Positions 14,128 to 25,160 of a stretch of DNA of 64,000 nt are shown in pieces. The stretch's first letter is position 1. Every line of letters begins with the position of its first letter. The translations under genes were made by a program, and so were the position numbers. The notes beneath the pieces are model-generated. The model saw nothing but the letters and a program-made list of their open reading frames with translations. It was not told the DNA's origin and made no database searches. This DNA comes from Octopus sinensis (Eukaryota). The stretch lies in NCBI RefSeq assembly GCF_006345805.1, contig NC_043010.1, positions 6,200,001-6,264,000 on the forward strand, given 5' to 3'.

Positions 14128-14370
14128 CATCATCATCATCATCATCATCGTTTAATATCCGTTCTCCATGCTAGCATGGGTTGGACGGTTCGACCGGGGA
14201 TCTGGGAAGCCAGAAGGCTGCACCAGGCTCCAGTCTTATCTGGCAATGTTTCTACAGCTGGATGCCCTTCCTAACGCCAACCACTCCGTGAGTGTAGTGG
14301 GTGCTTTTTACGTGCCACCCGCACAGGTGCCAGGCGAGGCTGGCAACGGCCACGGTCGGATTGGTGCATT
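14128..14370 (-). mobile_element. RTE-type 3' UTR fragment (related pieces at ~14630-14730, 35805-36130, 40931-41133)
   Basis: Reverse complement of the ttggcgttaggaagggcatccagctgtagaaac...catgctagcatggagaacgga-(ATG)n terminus. Confidence 0.8.
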
Positions 14371-15883
14371 TCTCTTCATGATAATTCTTGAGGCAAATAC
14401 TTAGGAGCTGAAGTTCTATTGTTACAAAAAACATATAAGTGAGAAAGTAATTAAAGCCTGGTTAACTTCGCAAAATTTGTTCAAAGCTACAAAAAAAGAT
14501 TCGATATGTGAAAGAACAGTCTAGAATGAAATGCTTTAACCTTTTTGATACCAAACTACTGGAGAACTCCACTTTCATTTAATGGTACAAATCTCACATG
14601 TAAAAAAAAAAAAAGCTAATGATGATGATCATCATCATTTAACATCCACTTTTCCATGTTTACGTTGGTCAGATGGAATTTGTTGAGAAAGATTTTCTAT
14701 GGCTGGATGCCCCTCTTGTCACCAACCTTCATTCGTTTCCTAGCAAGCTAATGTTTACCAATGGCAGTCATATCTTTCACAGAGGGCTGGAAACCTTATT
14801 TGTATGATGAAGACGTTCATTTACAGCCATTGTGTGATGTCTAGACAAATATATATATGAAAGCAAACATACATATACACATGCATACACACACACATAA
14901 ATATATATGTGTGTATATATATATATGTATGTATGTATGTATGTTTATATATGTATATATATATATGTGTGTGTGTGTGTATGTGTGTGTGTGTGTATGT
15001 GTGTGTGTGTGTGTATGTTTGTATGTATGTATATATATATACATATATATATATATATGACAGGATTCTTTCAGTTTCTTTCTATGAAATCCACTTACAA
15101 GGCTTTGGTTTACCTTGGGCTATTATAAAAGATACTCGTTCAAGGTGCCATGCAATGGGATGGTTGTCAAATAATTTTCGCAACTCCACAACTGCACTTA
15201 TGCCTATGTTTGAATTAAAACTGTCCATTACTGTTTTAAAGTTTTGCTTCAGAAACCAACTTAATAAATTTTAGTTATTTTACTAAATCCCTTACTAATT
15301 TTCAAAATTAATTTAAACGCATAGTGCAATTTATTAAAGTAATAGACATAAAAGTGTTAATGGTAAACATGCCAAACACTTAAGTTCTAATTAAAAGTAG
15401 AGAGAGCAATGCTATGTGAGAAATAGGCTTGCATAATATGTAGGAAGTCAATATGTACTCAGTTTACGATACGGGTATATGAATGTCACAGTGAGATCTC
15501 TCATAAACTGACAGAGGAGTGGGATTTACAAATATGATTAGCAGCATGACCATGGTTCCATTTGGATGAGCTACAGCCATCGTATTGAAGGCTGTGAAGG
15601 AAAAATCTAATTAATTAACAATAATGAATTAACAATGCTGTGAGGAACAGAAAATGCTATTTTAATCTGATTTTCATAAGATTAGGCAACAACTCAAAAC
15701 AATTTGTATAACCCTCTTTGTACTTGTCACTTTAGTGAGAAGAGAATTACTAAGTAGATATCCTATAAGGTACATGATTAGCTGTGAATTATAATTATCA
15801 TAATAATAATAATAATGAAGAAGGTACCCAGGGATGTGATCTGCACAGAAAATAACAGACAAGTTAATACAATCCATATCTAT

Positions 15884-16482
15884 ATTTCTTAACTACCCAC
15901 AAGGGGCTAAACATAGAGGAGACAAACAAAGACAGACAAAGGGATTAAGTCGATTACATCGACCCCAGTGCGAAGCTGGTACTTTATTTATCGACCCCGA
16001 AAGGATGAAAGGCAAAGTCGACCTCGGCGGAATTTGAACTCAGAACGTAACGACAGATGAAATACCTATTTCTTTATTACCCACAAGGGGCTAAACACAG
16101 AGGGGACAAACAAGGACAGACATAGGTATTAAGTCGATTACATCGACCCCAGTGCGTAACTGGTACTTAATTTATCAACCCTGAAAGGATGAAAGGCAAA
16201 GTCGACCTCGGCGGAATTTGAACTCAGAACATAACGACAGACGAAATACCTATTTCTTTACTGCCCACAAGGGGCTAAACATAGAGGGGACAAACAAGGA
16301 CAGACAAAGGTATTAAGTCGATTACATCGACCCCAGTGCGAAACTGGTACTTTATTTATCGACCCCGAAAGGATGAAAGGCAAAGTCAACCTCGGCGGAA
16401 TTTGAACTCAGAACGTAACGACAGACGAAATACCGCTAAGAATTTCGCCCGGCGTGCTAACGTTTCTGCCAGCTTGCCGCCT
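15884..16482 (-). mobile_element. SINE family B, one head + three 184-bp bodies
   Basis: aaggggctaa recurs at 15901, 16085 and 16269. caatccatat occurs on both flanks. Confidence 0.9.
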
Positions 16483-17551
16483 ATCAATCCATATTGAGTG
16501 TAGTGAGGAAAAATATCTTTCTAGGAGTCGTATATACATGTTCTCCAATTGAAGTGATGTAGCGTAAAAAAAAGGGCATGGTAACTTGAATGTGAACTGA
16601 CAGAGAGATGTTTAATGAGCTGTTATGTCTGCTGGTGACAATATGCATATCTTCCCAGGCTAAATGTAAACTGAGTGACGGGTGGGGTGAACATACAGCA
16701 GCATAATGATGTATTGTGACAGTGAAACGTGGATGACAATCTGCTGTAGTTGTGAGGAGTTGTGAGGGGGGTGGAGCTACAAAGGAGTTGAGTATGAGCC
16801 ATTGGATGAACCTTTTCAATTTACGTGAAGAATTATGAGGCAATGAGGCAGCCTCTGCTTAGTTACTTGACCTTCTAAAAATAACAGCCATGTCTCTCTC
16901 GCTCTCAATTTCTATTCTACAATTTCAGAAGAAAATTATAGGATAGATAATGTAGTCCTGGGTTCCTTGCACATAAGTGGGGGGGGGAGACAAAAAAATA
17001 TGGGGTGGTCATGGCTGGAATGCCTTTGATCATAGATCTGCTCAGTCAGGGTTTGCCTGGGAGCTAAACAACAACAAGAACTACAGCAGCAGCAGCAACA
17101 ACAACAACAACAACAACAACTGCAACAACATATGAAAGGCTAACATATATGAATTGAGAAAGCTATAGTTGTTTTTGCTGTTTAACCCTAGGTCAGGCTA
17201 TGATCATGCAGACCCTTCTTTTCATCAAAGGTACTTCAACAATGACAACAACTATGATAAAATTATTTCAATGTGCCTTTTTTTTTTTTTTATTTCAAAG
17301 ATGGTTGAATGTTGTTTTGGAGAGAAATTTGACTACCATGTCTAGCAGTTCAAGTAGCTAGCTACATGGAAAATTTTTTCCCATTAACTGAGGAAAAGCT
17401 GAAAGAAGAGAGAGGGTGTGTTGTTTGTTGTGTTAGAGGTATCGGTCACAGAGATGACAGCACGGATAGGGAAACTATGAGTGAAAAGGGGCTTTCAGAA
17501 CATAAAGACAGGATAAAAGAAAACAGAGAGGGGGGAAAAGGGGGCAAGGGA

Positions 17552-17574
17552 TTATCTGAAAACATTAGGGTTCA
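17552..17574 (-). CDS. Candidate terminal coding exon of the protocadherin (would add VNPNVFR-stop)
   Basis: A strong acceptor, ccatttctttcctcag|TG, lies about 960 bp downstream of exon 2. Phase-1 joining gives V-N-P-N-V-F-R-TAA. There is no homology support, and other acceptors (e.g. ttctgtgcag at 15841) are possible. Confidence 0.3.
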
Positions 17575-17789
17575 CTGAGGAAAGAAATGGCGAATGGAAA
17601 TAAACAGTGCTGCAAAAATCCACCCAAATGCAGAAATGCTGACGTAAAAATAATAAAAAAAAGGAAACAAGAACAAAAAAAAAAAAACATGCATTATGTC
17701 AACAACAGCGACTTTGAAGATGATATTGGTGGTGATGGTGGTGGTGATGGTGGGGGTAGTAGTGTCTGTGGGTGAAAGGAGGTGGTAAA

Positions 17790-17821
17790 AAGTGGAGATG
17801 ATGGTGATGATAATGACAATA

Positions 17822-17854
<33 letters not shown>

Positions 17855-17932
17855 CTGGAAGAGGTAGTAGAACAATTGGGGTGAGGGTGGGTAGTGATGG
17901 AGGTTGGTGGCGTTGGTGGTGTGGTAGGGATG

Positions 17933-17990
<58 letters not shown>

Positions 17991-18012
17991 CGGTGATGAT
18001 GATGATGATGAC

Positions 18013-18058
<46 letters not shown>

Positions 18059-18140
18059 CTGGATGCTGAAGAGGTAGTAGAACAATTGGGGTGGGGGTGG
18101 GTAGTGATGGAGGTTGTGGCGTTGGTGGTGTGTAGGGATG

Positions 18141-18195
<55 letters not shown>

Positions 18196-18217
18196 CGGTG
18201 ATGATGATGATGATGAC

Positions 18218-18257
<40 letters not shown>

Positions 18258-18485
18258 CTGGAAGAGGTAGTAGAACAATTGGGGTGGTGGGGTGGTGTAG
18301 TGATGGAGGTTGGTGGCGTTGATGGTGTGGTAGGGATGATGATGATGATGATGATGATGGTGATGATGACAACGACGGTGATGAGGAAGATGATGACGAC
18401 GATGATGAGGATGATGATGATGATGCCACATTGCCATCCCTTCCCCCTGCTGATGCCGGATGATTACAATGATGATGATGATGGT
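17790..18485. repeat. Compound (GAT)n array with three copies of a ~75-bp G-rich spacer (period ~200 bp)
   Basis: gaagaggtagtagaacaattggggtg..gtagtgatggaggtt..tagg at ~17855, 18065 and 18258. Confidence 0.92.
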
Positions 18486-18532
18486 AGTAGTGGTGGTGAT
18501 AGTTTAATGGAAGCAGTGTTGTTGAAACTTAC

Positions 18533-18692
18533 CTGGTAATTCCTCATAGAGGATTGTGTTGCCATCACTACAACCATTGCCACTGTCATCATATGACGAC
18601 ATTGTGGACTTCTCGCTGAAATGATCAGAAGATGTCAGCATATCTTCTCTTTCTCTGAAATTCTCAGCTGCCAAGGAATTATGTAAGGCCAT
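18533..18692 (-). CDS. Protocadherin coding exon 2 (cytoplasmic domain, 160 bp)
   Basis: Acceptor ttatttccttccag|ATG is phase 0, matching the exon-1 donor, and the donor CAG|GTAAGT is consensus. The exon encodes MALHNSLAAENFREREDMLTSSDHFSEKSTMSSYDDSGNGCSDGNTILYEELP, with a DSGxGxSD motif like protocadherin cytoplasmic motifs. It is unique sequence amid repeats. Confidence 0.85.
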
Positions 18693-18839
18693 CTGGAAGG
18701 AAATAACGAGATGAGGATGATTACAAACAATTAATTTTACTTAACGATTGTTTATTAAAGGAATGAAATGTCATTATTTAATTGTTAGTTTGAATCTGAG
18801 ATTGATGTATGTGTGTGTGTGTGTGTGTGTTTGCATATG

Positions 18840-18898
<59 letters not shown>

Positions 18899-19398
18899 GT
18901 ATGTATGTATATATATATATGTATGTGTGTATATATATATATAATATATATAAATACATATACATGTGTATATATGTGTGTGTAGGTATATGTGTATGTG
19001 TGTGTGTGTGTGTGTGGTGTGTGTGAGCTGTGGCTAGTGGTTTTCTTAGGGCATCAGTCTGCAGATTAAAGGTTTAGTTTTAGTAGTTTATATACTATCA
19101 AACACATTATCGATGTTTGCCTTACTCTACCAGGGTCCCATATGCTACCAGAGCCCCATTTTTCCTTTGTGATAGGGAGGAAGTGGTTGTTTTGTAGCAA
19201 GGAAATGGATACTTGGAGTGATTCCTGAACCTTTCAACCAGTGCAGCTGTCCAGGGCTTGTAAAGCTAAGCAGGGGCCTTTGAATATCTGATGGGTTCAT
19301 GAGACACACACACACACTCACACGCATGCATGTGCACATACACACACATGCATGTGTGTGCACATACACACATGCACATGCGTGCATATGCACACACA

Positions 19399-19434
<36 letters not shown>

Positions 19435-21062
19435 TAAATAGATAAATAAATAAAACCACAGATTCCTCAAATTTCGAGTGCCCTTCTTTTCCTAGAAACC
19501 TCCAGCTTGCAAAATTTCTTTTGGTGACCCTGGGCAGAGGTTGTTCTCAGTATCTTACTGGCTCTTAATATTTCTCAATCCTCTGAAGGATTGAAAGCAA
19601 ATTTCATTAGGGTAGGTTTTGTTCTCAGAATGCAAAGAGCTTAGAACAAACAACACCATAAAGCATTTCTCTGGTATTGTAATGATTCTACCAATCAACC
19701 TCTGTGTCAAAATGACCCAGCAAGAGAAGAAAGCACAGTTTATCATTGAAAGCTACTAAGATACTGAACTGGGATAACACTCTGTCCCGAATTAATAGTA
19801 AGGAGATCAATGTCTCCAGTAATATTTATTTTAATTTTGGCTCCAGTAATATTCTTTTTAATTTTGGCACAAGGCCAGCAATTTTGAGAGAAGTGGAATT
19901 GTAAGTCAATTACATCAGCACCAGTGCTGAAATGGTACTTATTTTATTGATCTTAAGAGGATAAAAAGCAAAGTCCCCATCTGTGGTATTTGAACTCAGA
20001 CCATAAAGAAATGCTGCTAAGCATTTTGCCCAGCATGGTAAATGTTTCTGCCAGCTTGCCTCCTTAATATCTCTAGCAGCATTAATTTCCAAGAAGCATC
20101 AAGCATGGTGCAATCTTTTGTCATAAGTTATTAAAACCCTGCTGTTCTAAGAAGATGTTACAATTCCTAAGAATTTATATGTGAATGAAATATTACTACA
20201 TAATAAATATTAGCCATGAGTTCCCAAAGTTGATGTTATGACCTTTTACTATTTGTCAGAATTAAGGTAGCTGTGTGAATTAAAGCTCTCTATGCAATTA
20301 TTCATAAGAGGCTTATTATTAACTCCTCAATATGTATTGTGCTATTATACAGTATTGAATAATCCATAGTTGCTAAGTGTTACTGTTGTTTAGCTTCAAG
20401 TCAGCCCCGATCAAGCCAACCTATGATCAAAGGTGTTCCAACTATTAATATCTCATATTCCATCTATTTTCTACATTTAGGAAAATATTGCCCAATGTAT
20501 ACTTCATTTTTTCTAAGACACTAGATGGTGTGATTTGGTTGCTATTTCTAGCAAGTTGAGCAACTGGATATACACTCCTTTATTGACTTTTATATATAGC
20601 AGGGTACTGTGTTAAGGCATAGAGATAAAATTGAAAAGGCTTAAGATTCTCTCATGTTGTAAACAATATCTGAGATAAAGACTCAGAAATAAACATTTTG
20701 TATAGTTTTGTATCAAAATCAATCAAACTATTTGTGCTATATAAAGGAGCATTGATCTTGTAAGAATTCTTAGGCTAAATGAATTAATATAGTTTTTAAG
20801 TATTGATGAGTGTTAGTCATACCTCGAAAAGAAAGCAAAAATAAGCATCAGCTGTATCCAATATTATAATCAAAATTATTGATTCAGTAAAACAGCCCCT
20901 TGCTTAGAACCTTAGAAAATTGTATATTAGATAAAGTTAGAATTTTACTATAAGACAGAAGAGAACAACTACATATCTTACTGGAGATTTAGAATTATCT
21001 TATATACATTTTGATCTGATTCATGCATTTGATTTTGATTCATGTAGATATTGCATGTTTAC

Positions 21063-23441
21063 CTGGTTTGTTCCTTGGCAGATGTTCTGTCGATGAGACT
21101 GTAATGGAGAACCGTGCCATGTGGAATCGTGGTAAAGCTCCTTTCTTAATAGTGTTGCCTGAGAAACTGCAGAATTAATTCCTGGGTGTGTCAACATTAC
21201 TTCTTGACTGTCACTTTGGGGAGACATTGGGTTACATCCATATTCGGACTGTCCGTTTTGATTCATGAATTTCTGACCCTGTTCGCGCCTTTCACAGTAA
21301 AGGATTTCCCTCCGATGGTTCCTCCTCACAATGCACACTGTGATGGAGACCACAATAGTTATAGATACAATAACTGCTGCCACTAGTATAATAACCATCA
21401 CATTGACAGGTATTTCTTTGGTTGATAGTTTATGACGACTTGTCAAAAATTTGGAAGTACTATTGCTGACTGTCAATGTCAAAGTTAACAAAGTCGTTGT
21501 TGACAAAGCTGGAGTGCCACTATCTTTAACAGACACATTCAGTTTATAGAAACCAGCATCAACTTTGTAAACAGGGCGAGAAAAAGACATGACCCCAGAA
21601 TACATGTCAAGGGAAAATAATTTCTTGTCATTGCCATCAAGTATTTCATATTGAAGGAAAGAATTCAATTGACTATCTCTGTCGTATGCTCTGAGGGTTG
21701 TGATGGCTTTTTGTCTTTTAGGATGGTAATGGACTTTAAGGTGGAATGGATCAACTCCAGGAAAAGTGAAATATGGAACGTTATCATTTTTATCCATAAT
21801 TTCAACAATGACATTTGCTGTATTTTTCAGTGGGGGTGTTCCATTATCCTTGACTACAACCGCCAATCTATATCTGTCTTGTTTCTCTCTATCCAGTGGT
21901 TGTGTTGTTGTGATAAATCCATAGTTTGAAATTCTAAAAGGAAGTAAATTTTCAGTAGAATTCATGAGATAATAGGTCAGTTGACCACCTGCACCCAGAT
22001 CTGGATCGGTGGCATTGATTAGACCAATTGGAAAGTCTGGTTCTCCATTTTCATATGTAAAAAATTGAAAACTTTCCTGACTGAACTGAGGTTTTACATC
22101 GTTGATATCTGTCACTTGTATAGAAATTTTTCTAACAGCTGTCTTTGGAGGAGTGCCTCTGTCTTGACAAGATATGTTAAAATCAATGTAGCTGTTTGCT
22201 TCCCTGTCTATGGCATTCTTTACAACTATTTTATATTTCTTATCATCCAGTGGCTGAAGAATAAAATCCTCATGTTCCAGTTGACAACTTACTTGCCCAT
22301 TGCTTCCAATATCATTGTCAATAACCTTCACATATGCTACAAAACTACCAATATCAACATCTTCAGAAATGCTGGCCGTGTCTTCATTTGTCTGTGAAAA
22401 GAAGTTGAGTTCTATACTTGGGCTCGAGTTATCCTGATTTTCAATGTTGATTTGTAGAATGGCTGTTGAGCTCATTGATGGACTGCCGCCATCTCTGGCA
22501 TCAATATACAACAAATATTTGTGTTTCCTATTAAATGAGAAATCATTTGACAAGAATACTTCTCCTGTTGCATTATTTAGCTTGAAATATAATTTGGCCA
22601 ATGGTGTAGTTTTAGTTCCAAAATGGTAAGAGACTTTTCCATTTCTTCCAGCATCAATATCACTTGCTTGTAACCTAACAATGGGTTTCCTTGTTTGGTG
22701 TGTATTGTTTAGTGAAATATTATAGGTATTTTGAGCAAATATTGGTGCATTATCATTTTCATCTGTGACAATTATCTGAACATTTGAGACACCTAACTTT
22801 GGTGGACTGCCTCCATCTTTAGCAATTATTTGTACAAAATAGGTGTCTTTTATTTCTCGATCTAATTCTTCAGTCAGGATAATTTCAAGTTTCGAAGAAC
22901 CATCCACTCTTTTGTCTGTTTTCAACTTGAATTGCTTATGTATATTTCCCAGCCTGTAAGTGATCTGTGAATTTAAAAAACCAACATCTTTGTCCACTGC
23001 ATTTGGGATCGATTTTTTGGTCCCTTTCCCATCTGTTTCATAAAACTGTAGGTTTATGTACTTTTCTTGAAAATCTGGTCGGTTGTCATTAACATCTTCT
23101 ATTATTACTTTCACTTCAAGTATCTTAACAAATGATTTTTTCTTTAGGACAGCAATTTCAAGTATTTCAAAGCATTCTGTATTGTATTTACACGTAATTT
23201 CGGCATCAATTGTTTTTGCCAAATAAAGTCTTCCCTTTTTGCTGATGTTAAAAAAGTCGGAGAATTCATTCTTTTGCAGCGGAGAAAATTTTACTTCACT
23301 TCGCCTTATCGATGGCAGCGTAACATTACGTGCAATATCTCCAATGAAGGTTCCAGGCAGTAAATTTTCTTTCACTCTGTATGTAATGTCCACACTCAGA
23401 GAGGTGGTGAAAAGTAACAGAAAACACACTTTTCTCAACAT
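21063..23441 (-). CDS. Protocadherin, large first coding exon (signal peptide, EC1-EC6, TM helix, juxtamembrane tail)
   Basis: The 806-aa ORF has a hydrophobic N-terminus, a C-X5-C motif in EC1 (CKYNTEC), cadherin motifs DVNDN/LDRE/DENDNAP/IDRE/DINDVKP/ATDPD/DKNDNVP/AYDRD, and TM VMVIILVAAVIVSITIVVSITVCIV followed by RR. A phase-0 donor CAG|GTAAAC lies at 21063/21062, so the last 13 residues of the ORF are probably intronic read-through. Confidence 0.96.
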
Positions 23442-23635
23442 TATAAAAATTTACCTGAAATTAAATTTAAAAAAAACAAAGTAAAAAAACAAAACAAAAA
23501 GAAATATTGTAAATATTATTATTATTATTAAAAGTAACAGAAAACACACTTTTCTCAACATTATAAAAATTTACCTGAAATTAAATTTGAAAAAAAAAAA
23601 AAAAAAAAAACAACAAAAAGAAATATTGTAAATAT
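23411..23635 (-). repeat. 120-bp tandem duplication of the protocadherin splice acceptor, ATG and first 10 codons
   Basis: aaagtaacagaaaacacacttttctcaacattataaaaatttacctgaaattaaattt occurs at 23411 and 23531. The copies differ mainly in the poly-A tract. Confidence 0.95.
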
Positions 23636-24801
23636 CATTTGTCATGTGTTTTGCACACAATTTTCTGCAAAATCAGTTAAAAACAACAACATGAAGAATA
23701 AAAATGAGTAGAACAATGTTCCTGATTGTATGCCTTGTTATAGAAATCAACTTCTGACTTCTGCCTTTTCTATTCTTTTACAACTGTCTTATGACAGCTT
23801 ACTTCAATATCAAACAATTAACATTAGATGGATTGTTGTGAGTGACATTGTTTGTGATTATTGCACTTGCATCCATTCCCCTTCTAGGTGAAGGTGACTA
23901 ATACAAAAGGGAATAAGGAGTGAAAGAAGGAGAGTAAGAGTGAGAGAGTGAGAGAACCAGACAGACAGAGAGAGTGGGGGAGAGAGAGCATTGTTATTGT
24001 TTTCCTGGGACACTTTACAAGTAAGCTAACTATTCTGAAACAATATTAACAATCAATAAACAATCATCTAAAATAGCAATGCTGTACAGGGAAAGGCTTT
24101 ATATATATTTATTTCCATCTTGGAAATATTGTCATGATGTATTTATCTTTCATTTATAACCAGAAAGCATGCAGGTTCTTAAATATCTTCTAATTACAAA
24201 AAAAGTAAAATAGATCTACAGAATTTACAGAAAAAAAAAAAAGAAAAAAGTAAAGAAAATATTGCATTGCAATTATTACCATATTGTTAATTTTGAAATC
24301 CAATGTAATTACTTTTGAGTAGTGTTAATAATTATGACAATAATTATTATAATAGAGTTGTCAACAATAATAAACAAAGTCATCAAGATGAAAACATAAG
24401 AAAACTTGCTTCTCTTTTCTCTGACTCATTCACAAACCTGTTTGTTTATTAATGATAATTTATTCACTATTTATATATTGATTATATTCTGGATGTTGTG
24501 AAAACTGTTGAATGCTTAAACTTGAACTAAAAGGTTAAATTTTGCCTAAAAAATTACATTTATAAGAAAGATCACAGATTGATGTAAGAAGCATAAAAAT
24601 AATCACCACCGACTCTGAATGAATAAAACACCATGTAAACAAGAGTAAGGTAGAGGGCTCTTTGTTCTTACGCAATGGTTTATAATTGGTTATGTGTATG
24701 AGATAAGGCTGTGTTGTTGCCTAACAACTTCTAAAGCAACTAAAGAAAAAAATATATATCATTTGAAGAAAATACAAAATTGACAAAGAAAACTGACTTA
24801 C

Positions 24802-25020
24802 ATAGATGCAGATCCTTCTTGTGTGTCATCTATCCAAAGACAAAAAAAAAAAACAACTGTCCCTTAACTGCTTAATAATAATCCCTCGTGCTTAAATATT
24901 CTGTGTTAGTGTTTTTAAAGGGTTGTGAATGCTGTTTTGCTTTGTCTGTGATGGAGTGAAACCGGCTTGCTGCTTCTTCATGTGCTTAAGCTGTGTTGTG
25001 TTGTGCTGTGTGTATGTTGT
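24802..25020 (-). other. Candidate non-coding 5'UTR exon of the protocadherin
   Basis: GTAAGT donor at 24801-24796 in repeat-free sequence. The acceptor tttcag 13 nt upstream of the ATG implies an upstream exon exists. The 5' boundary is a guess. Confidence 0.35.
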
Positions 25021-25024
25021 ATAC

Positions 25025-25160
25025 ACAGTAGCCAATAGCAGGCAGCTTATGCTTAATACTTGCTATCCAGTAAGGTGTAGTAGGGTGTAAATAGGTGGGG
25101 AAGGGGAACAGGAAACATAGGCCCCCTGTCTCCCTCAGCAATTAGGATTTTCTATATAAA
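25025..25160 (-). promoter_or_regulatory. Candidate protocadherin proximal promoter (CCAAT box, G-rich tract)
   Basis: AGCCAATAGC at ~25030 and GGTGGGGAAGGGG at ~25094 lie just upstream of the candidate UTR exon in a TE-free zone. Motif-only evidence. Confidence 0.25.

Noticed and set aside
15674-15840. Alternative terminal exon DHIPGYLLHYYYYY.. after ttctgtgcag
   Set aside because: The acceptor is plausible and in phase, but the peptide is low-complexity and has no recognisable homology.
17572-18539. Poly-Ser/His/Asp/Met ORFs
   Set aside because: Translations of the (GAT)n array lying within the protocadherin intron.
21021-21062. ORF C-terminus VNMQYLHESKSNA as the true protein end
   Set aside because: It begins at a good GT donor with a phase-matched downstream exon. 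Likely intronic, although an unspliced short isoform is not excluded.
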